Of a stretch of DNA of 64,000 nucleotides, positions 57,875 through 64,000 are shown one piece after another. The notes below the pieces were generated by a model that searched no databases, was not told the origin of the DNA, and saw only the letters and a program-made list of their open reading frames with translations. The number at the start of each line of letters is the position of its first letter. The stretch's first letter is position 1. The stretch comes from a virus (Duplodnaviria > Caudoviricetes), in the IMG/VR virus record IMGVR_UViG_3300010163_000002, positions 64,001 to 128,000 of that record. One strand, given 5' to 3'. The translations under genes were made by a program, and so were the position numbers.

Positions 57875-60800
57875 ATGAAAGATTTGAGCAAAGAAATTGT
57901 GAAAAAGCTCAAAAGTAGCACGTTTAACTCCATATATTTAAACACATTGGCTAAGTTACCTATCGTTGTTACTGAAGAAGGAGCTTTTATCAAAAATGTA
58001 AGTATATCTGGAGGATTAATTACTGAAGTAGATGAAGATACGCATTTGGATCTTCCGGAAAATATAGAACAATGGAGTCATAAGCTTCTCAATGCAGGAT
58101 ACGATCCGGATTCTATAAAGCTGTTGAAAACAACTGTAGAACAACGATTGACTAAGAAATGCAAATTAACAAGTGTCAAAAAGTTCCATTACGATGACGC
58201 TTGGTATTCTTATAGATTTTCATCAGATTATCCAGAAGAAACATTTGGTATTCTTAGATTAGATAACATGCCATTTAGATCTTTTGATAAATTAGAGAAT
58301 AAAAAATCTTTTATTTGTCGTATGGATCAGCTTATGTTTAACGGTCTAATGGAACCATTTATGTTGTTCGTAAACAGAAAATTTGTAAACTGGAATGCAA
58401 TTGATGTGGTATTCGATTGTGATGATGTTTATCTATTATTGCATGGGAAGCAATATAATAACTATAATCTTGATCATTCTGAATTTCATATGGTGATTCT
58501 GCCGTTTAAATGTGAATTTTTGGGATATGAAGACGACGATCTTTGGGATAGGAATCTAGAAGTGTTCACTATGTTTATGCAAGATAGTTTAATTGTAAAT
58601 GATGCTGGTAAAATTCAAATCAAAGTTCCTACAATGTATTCTATCTATAAGTATAAAGGTATGATATATAATGTAGGGGCATGGATGTATAACCAGCATA
58701 GAAAGATTTACATGGGATTACTGTCTGAATCCAGGATTGCCAAACTTAAAAAAATTATTCTTAATAAATACACATATGATGAATCTGGAAATATTATCAA
58801 TATATTCAGTACAAAGTTTAATGCTCTTGATAGAGATAGCTATAATAAGGAAATGTACGATTCCATTTGCCATTGTTCAAAGGAATACCTTGAAGAAAAT
58901 GCTTTATTTAGGTTTAATTCAGATGGTGTTCTTGATATGGAAAATGGCGAAAATATATTAGCTATATTAGACGAGAGCATGACAACTAAAACTGAGTATA
59001 TTGACGGATTTAATGCTGTGCTTGATGAATCATCTATTCGTGAAGCATTATATAGAGAGAACTTCCTTACGTTTAAAGATGGATTATTTAATCCTGAAAC
59101 TAATATAGAAATACATCATAAGAATATAATTACTGTAGATGGTGCTGGGTCGCAGCAAGTTGTTGTTAAGATTTTCATACCTGACGATTTAGAAAAATAT
59201 GTTTGTATTGATGATCCATTTGTACATGAATACATTTCTAAAAGAATGATGGCATACGTAATTGCAAAAAGAGACGGTACAAGACTTTCTGCAATTCTTA
59301 AGAATGGTGATATTATAACAAATATAGATGTCGATAATCTTAAATCTGATGATATGAGAGAAATATTTGCAATCTGCACAGATGGCAAAATATTAAGAAG
59401 CACTGATGATGATGTATTTATAGATATATCTGAAGAATATATACATATGCTTACAAGTTGTGGTGAATGTTTAAATTATTCATATTTTGATAAATTATTA
59501 TATCAGGATAACTACAACCATGCATTCAATAAAACAATGAATTTTAATCCGCTGCTATTTAATGATTTAACAAAAACTACAATAAAATCTACTGTAGTAA
59601 GTGGCAAGACAGCTAATGAATCATTATATTTTGTAGTGGGTAATGAGAATCGTAAAGGACTTAAAATACCAAGATATAGATATAAAGACCATGAGACTTA
59701 TGTTATGGTTTTCCATAATGGCGAGCTAATCGAGACATATAGTAATATGTACGTGGCTCCTAATTATTTCTTTTTACCAGTTGAGAAGGAATTTAATCCT
59801 GGAGATACAATAGAATTTTTATTCTTTACATATTGCGATAATAATGAAATACACTTTACAATGACTGATAATATGATAAGTAAGCTCAAATCAACTCCAG
59901 ACCCTGTATTTCTTAGATCTGATTTACTAGAAGAGTATATTAGATTAGAGGATATGAAGATATTTGCAAAATATCCTGAGGAGATTATGTTTTATAAAGA
60001 GCTTATAGAAGAACGCGACGATATAGCATTTAACGTATCATATAGAGACTCAAAAAATAATTTATTAATATTCAAAGAGGTTGTGATCCCACCATCTAAT
60101 TCTCAAAGTTTATCTAATGAAAAACTTGACGAAGTTGTGGGGGTTGCTCCATTTGATCAAAAGGTTCCAAAGTTAGCAATACATGAGGAGCAATCTGGTA
60201 AAGTTACGCGTGCTGAACTTGAAACATATAATAGAATCATTGAAAATATAGATACAGAAAAAGAAATTAATGCAACTCTTCCTAGAGTTAATCAATTTAC
60301 CGCTGTATCGTCAAAGAAATTCATATACCAAAGAATATATGTGGATCAAAAAGCATATAGACTTAAACTTGATGAAAGATTTAGATACTGCGATAATCAG
60401 AAGCAATATCTATTTTTTATTAATGGTAGAAGAGCTGACGATGATTCATTTCTTATAACTATACCGAAATATAGTAGACCATTTTGGGGAATGTATTTAT
60501 ATACCGTAACATTTGTTAAGCCTACAGACAGAATAGAAGTATTCTATGTTCCCGAGGAATTGGTTAATATTAACACGGAAGAAACTCCTGTAAATATGTA
60601 TGAGAATGGTTATATAGAAACAGAAAAAACTCAACTTGAAGTTCCGTATGTGAGTGATTTTTATTTATTCTTCTTGAATGGTAAAAAGATACCGTCTACC
60701 GACCTTATTACAGTTGACACTCATACATTTAGATTGAAATCTGATCCTAGAACATTTCTTAGATTAAGAGTCAATCCAATATATACATCTACAGATTCAA

Positions 60801-62359
60801 GAATTACTGATTACATGAAGGCTGAGAAGCTTTCTAAATACGATGAATTAATTAAATATATAAAAGACAGCGACAATCTTGGATATGATGAGCTTGATAG
60901 ATTATTCGGAGTTTTTATTAAATTATCAGATAGTGAAAACGATAAGCTTAGATGGAATGTTGCTCGTATAGCAATTATAAATGAAATAGTAAGAGACTTC
61001 TGGGTTACAAGTGGTTATCAATATAATGAAAATCCATTTGTATATGACTATGCTCTTGATGAATATATTATCAAGGATAAGAATGGTAATTACATTTTAC
61101 CTGCACTTGATGCTACTCCTGTAATTAATATATTAAAAAATTATATCAGACTGTTATACTTCCGTACAGAACCTGAAAGCACATCATTCGAAATAGGTAG
61201 TTCTGTATCAAATATAAAATTCTTTTGGGATTTCTCATACCCTATAGGCCAAGCAACTATTCAGCTTGTTAGTCAGTATGTAAATGATAAAGAGATGAAT
61301 ATTAATGCTAGAACCTATAATACCGGTAGCGATGAAATTTCTGAGAATACATCATACCATTTTGTATTTAATACAATGCAAAATACTATTGAAAGAACAG
61401 TTGATATTAAATTCTGTAATGGTATCTATTATGGTACGGTTGATGAAGATATATTACAGCATTATAATACTCAAAGAGTTAAGTTTAATCTTGATGAACT
61501 TATAGCTGTTATTCCTAAAGATAAAATAATACCATCATCAGCAGAGCAGGCTGCTGAAAACGAGAAACTAAGTATTGTACTTAGAGAAAATGATATTATA
61601 AGAAATATCAGTACTCTAGAAGAACTTCTTAATCATAAACCTGATAAATTCGAATGGCCGCCGTGGTTAGTAAATGTAGACGATGAAGAATTATTTGCCA
61701 TCTGTACGGATGGTAGAATTCTTAGAAATTTACGTGTTGATCTTGAAAGTGGTACTGGCGAAGGTGAAGTTGTAGATGAAGCAGGGCTTGCTAAAATACT
61801 ACTTGGTCTTAATGTGGTATATCAAGATGAGGTTGGATTGGATTTCAATACTTATAAGATAGGAAGTAATAACTATTTTGTTTATGCTTGCCCGTCAAGA
61901 TTAGCGTTTGATAGCAAGACTGGAAAATCGGCAATAAAATTCATTATGCCTGATTTGAATGATCCCGATCTTATAGCATATGGTAAGGATGATCATACTA
62001 CACCTGTATATACGGATGGCACATTCGATGATCAGAACTTGCTTGTAAAATTGGAATATTGCAAGATGATTTACCTTGGCGAAATCAATTTTACCAATAG
62101 ATCGGGCTATACAGAACCATATATGATTTGGAGATCTAATGGTTTCTTTACAAGAAAATATGATGACTATAATTTTAAGATGCAAATCTTAAGCGTGAAA
62201 GATTTTGAAAAAACTGATTCTGACAATATTGTCATTGATGAAGATAAACCTAAAGCTGTTGCTAAGAAGACCGGTACCATTAGGTTGGTTAATACATCTT
62301 CCCCTAAACCTACAGATATAAATGATAATATTGTAATGATTGATACTCTTCTTTTCTAA
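57875..62359 (+). CDS. Large putative virion (baseplate/tail-associated) protein
   Basis: 1494 aa; repeated (L/V)F(V/I/L/H)NG beta modules; late operon. Confidence 0.6.
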   Translation: MKDLSKEIVKKLKSSTFNSIYLNTLAKLPIVVTEEGAFIKNVSISGGLITEVDEDTHLDLPENIEQWSHKLLNAGYDPDSIKLLKTTVEQRLTKKCKLTSVKKFHYDDAWYSYRFSSDYPEETFGILRLDNMPFRSFDKLENKKSFICRMDQLMFNGLMEPFMLFVNRKFVNWNAIDVVFDCDDVYLLLHGKQYNNYNLDHSEFHMVILPFKCEFLGYEDDDLWDRNLEVFTMFMQDSLIVNDAGKIQIKVPTMYSIYKYKGMIYNVGAWMYNQHRKIYMGLLSESRIAKLKKIILNKYTYDESGNIINIFSTKFNALDRDSYNKEMYDSICHCSKEYLEENALFRFNSDGVLDMENGENILAILDESMTTKTEYIDGFNAVLDESSIREALYRENFLTFKDGLFNPETNIEIHHKNIITVDGAGSQQVVVKIFIPDDLEKYVCIDDPFVHEYISKRMMAYVIAKRDGTRLSAILKNGDIITNIDVDNLKSDDMREIFAICTDGKILRSTDDDVFIDISEEYIHMLTSCGECLNYSYFDKLLYQDNYNHAFNKTMNFNPLLFNDLTKTTIKSTVVSGKTANESLYFVVGNENRKGLKIPRYRYKDHETYVMVFHNGELIETYSNMYVAPNYFFLPVEKEFNPGDTIEFLFFTYCDNNEIHFTMTDNMISKLKSTPDPVFLRSDLLEEYIRLEDMKIFAKYPEEIMFYKELIEERDDIAFNVSYRDSKNNLLIFKEVVIPPSNSQSLSNEKLDEVVGVAPFDQKVPKLAIHEEQSGKVTRAELETYNRIIENIDTEKEINATLPRVNQFTAVSSKKFIYQRIYVDQKAYRLKLDERFRYCDNQKQYLFFINGRRADDDSFLITIPKYSRPFWGMYLYTVTFVKPTDRIEVFYVPEELVNINTEETPVNMYENGYIETEKTQLEVPYVSDFYLFFLNGKKIPSTDLITVDTHTFRLKSDPRTFLRLRVNPIYTSTDSRITDYMKAEKLSKYDELIKYIKDSDNLGYDELDRLFGVFIKLSDSENDKLRWNVARIAIINEIVRDFWVTSGYQYNENPFVYDYALDEYIIKDKNGNYILPALDATPVINILKNYIRLLYFRTEPESTSFEIGSSVSNIKFFWDFSYPIGQATIQLVSQYVNDKEMNINARTYNTGSDEISENTSYHFVFNTMQNTIERTVDIKFCNGIYYGTVDEDILQHYNTQRVKFNLDELIAVIPKDKIIPSSAEQAAENEKLSIVLRENDIIRNISTLEELLNHKPDKFEWPPWLVNVDDEELFAICTDGRILRNLRVDLESGTGEGEVVDEAGLAKILLGLNVVYQDEVGLDFNTYKIGSNNYFVYACPSRLAFDSKTGKSAIKFIMPDLNDPDLIAYGKDDHTTPVYTDGTFDDQNLLVKLEYCKMIYLGEINFTNRSGYTEPYMIWRSNGFFTRKYDDYNFKMQILSVKDFEKTDSDNIVIDEDKPKAVAKKTGTIRLVNTSSPKPTDINDNIVMIDTLLF

Positions 62360-62373
62360 AAAATAAAAAGAAC

Positions 62374-62399
62374 AACCAGAGGGATTACTCCCTCTGGTT
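62374..62399. terminator. Bidirectional terminator
   Basis: aaccagaggga-ttac-tccctctggtt; contains the stop of the convergent gene. Confidence 0.8.
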
Positions 62400-63086
62400 T
62401 AATCTTGATATTTTTTCAGCGTTAATATCTAATATTCTGTCTATTGTACTCTGGCTTGTATAAACCATTTGCATAGCAGGATATAAATCATCATTATACA
62501 TTGGCGGAAGCTGCTTCACCCATTCTAATAAATTTATATATTTAGTTTTACTGTCAGCATATAACTCTATATGCTGCTTATCTGTTAATTTAAAACCAGT
62601 ATTCTGAAAATCTGGCTCAATAAGCGATAAATTTTCACGGATTACAAATATTCCACATTCAGCTTCTTCTTCATATATTAACCATTCTGTTGGTAGTGGA
62701 TTTCTATCTAATATACTTTTATCATAGCTGATTAAAAAGTATATATAACCTGGCGCATAGTAGTATAAATTGTCCTCAATATCATACTCTACATGACCTT
62801 CACAGCAATATACTGTAAAATATCCCTTCTTATTAAGTATTTCTATTGCTTCAGCTATGTTATAATCTATTACTATCATTTTAGTATGCGAACTGCATTC
62901 TTCGCATTGCATATAGTACTCAACATTGGTATCAATATTTTTGTTTGATATAGTTATGCAGTTATTAATATCTGCATAGTGCATTTTAAGACACTTGGGA
63001 CACATAAGTCCAATTTTTCCTTTTTCTTTTGTTCTTAAGCTTTTATTATTTTTAAGTACTCTAATATCTCTAGTTATTTTATCCAT
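62385..63086 (-). CDS. Zinc-ribbon protein with T-x-x-CCEGH motif
   Basis: CPKC...CEEC, IEILNKKGYFTVYCCEGH. Confidence 0.7.
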   Translation of the reverse strand: MDKITRDIRVLKNNKSLRTKEKGKIGLMCPKCLKMHYADINNCITISNKNIDTNVEYYMQCEECSSHTKMIVIDYNIAEAIEILNKKGYFTVYCCEGHVEYDIEDNLYYYAPGYIYFLISYDKSILDRNPLPTEWLIYEEEAECGIFVIRENLSLIEPDFQNTGFKLTDKQHIELYADSKTKYINLLEWVKQLPPMYNDDLYPAMQMVYTSQSTIDRILDINAEKISRLNQRE

Positions 63087-63091
63087 TATTT

Positions 63092-63706
63092 TTATCCCCT
63101 TTCTAATGCTACTATATTAAATCTGTATATTTTGGTGAGCATTTGATTATGTTGCGAGCTAAACAATATTCTTAATTGATATATAACCATATTATTACCT
63201 ATTCTTATATCATTTATGCCATAATAATCAACATGTTGAGATATATAATATTTTTTATAAAATAGCGCAAATTTACCAGAGAAATTTTGTAAATATAGCA
63301 ATGCTTTCATTCTGGTATCAAATATTTTTAGCGATTTGCTTTTACTTTCAATCACATCTATTCCATCCATTAGCATAATATCTACAACTACTTGGAAACA
63401 ATAGCATTTCGCTTTTTGTCCAATAACATGCCTTGGTATAATATACTCGTCATAGTTATATTTTATTATGATATTATAACTATTTTTCCAAGCTTCTTTT
63501 TTGATTACCGCATCAATAGGTTCTGATTTAAAGTTATGAGTGGATGCTATTTTACCTTCCATTTTGTCTGAAAACATCATGCCATCCAATGCAGATAACA
63601 TACTTTTAGTTATTAGTACATCCATAAAATCATCTACTTTAAGTACAAATCGTGCCATATAACCAAGCGGCGGCAATACATTGCACGCTTCTACTCTGTA
63701 TTTCAT
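63092..63706 (-). CDS. Hypothetical protein
   Basis: 204 aa, GGAGG RBS. Confidence 0.7.
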   Translation of the reverse strand: MKYRVEACNVLPPLGYMARFVLKVDDFMDVLITKSMLSALDGMMFSDKMEGKIASTHNFKSEPIDAVIKKEAWKNSYNIIIKYNYDEYIIPRHVIGQKAKCYCFQVVVDIMLMDGIDVIESKSKSLKIFDTRMKALLYLQNFSGKFALFYKKYYISQHVDYYGINDIRIGNNMVIYQLRILFSSQHNQMLTKIYRFNIVALERG

Positions 63707-63726
63707 GATACTTATCCTCCGTCTAA

Positions 63727-64000
63727 TTAATTTACTACAATTAACTCTTTAATATATAATGTGTAAGTTAATGAATGTGTTTTATTTCTATCTTCATTGC
63801 CTGTATACTTTATTGTGTGATAAACCAGTATATTACTATCTATATCATCTGCTGATTTATTAACCTCGCAATCCAATACAATGCCAAATCCTTTTAATTG
63901 ATACTCTTTATTTAATAATGCATGTATAGTATCCATAAATTCTTTTGCTTCATCATATTTCTTAAATGCTTTTAAGGCACTATTAGTTTTTCTACCAATT
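63727..64000 (-). CDS. 3' part of hypothetical protein (start outside window)
   Basis: Frame stays open upstream of the ORF-track ATG to the window edge (IGRKTNSALKAF...). Confidence 0.7.
   Translation of the reverse strand, partial: IGRKTNSALKAFKKYDEAKEFMDTIHALLNKEYQLKGFGIVLDCEVNKSADDIDSNILVYHTIKYTGNEDRNKTHSLTYTLYIKELIVVN

Noticed and set aside
1-64000. CRISPR array, tRNA or rRNA genes, IS elements
   Set aside because: No regularly spaced repeats, cloverleaf or transposase seen; the repeated hairpins are dispersed terminators. The Cas4-like nuclease is a stand-alone phage exonuclease
1-64000. Stop-codon reassignment
   Set aside because: High coding density under the standard code; TAA, TAG and TGA all terminate full-length genes

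Overview
This is a 64-kb, AT-rich segment of a jumbo myophage of the phiKZ/AR9(PBS1)-like group. GGAGG Shine-Dalgarno sites and Clostridiales-type accessory genes suggest a Firmicutes host (inference). The + strand mainly carries late/virion genes: tail sheath, tail tube, baseplate proteins, large virion proteins and two probable virion-RNAP fragments. The - strand carries replication and transcription genes: the N-half of a split family-B DNA polymerase, SbcC/SbcD, two non-virion RNAP beta halves, NAD-dependent ligase, RecA/UvsX, PhuZ/TubZ tubulin, GyrA/GyrB, a Dda/RecD-like helicase, DnaB, a dNMP kinase and a PD-(D/E)xK nuclease, plus the portal. Two promoter classes are visible by eye (early-like YATAYTATA; late AR9-like nAC[A/T]-N6-TA), along with a family of related terminator hairpins. 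The most striking unexplained signal is a short linear peptide motif, [K/R]-x-M-[C/V]-x-[I/V]-[I/V]. It sits on the termini or linkers of about 11 unrelated DNA/RNA-metabolism proteins, is multivalent in the polymerase, ligase and RNAP, and was not seen in virion proteins. It looks like a docking or localisation tag. Also notable: two late-promoter small RNA candidates sharing a 5'-hairpin / antisense-to-RBS / terminator architecture, a prion-like Q/N/P/Y/M-rich early protein, and a metallothionein-like tail. All family assignments come from motif recognition by eye; no database searches were run.
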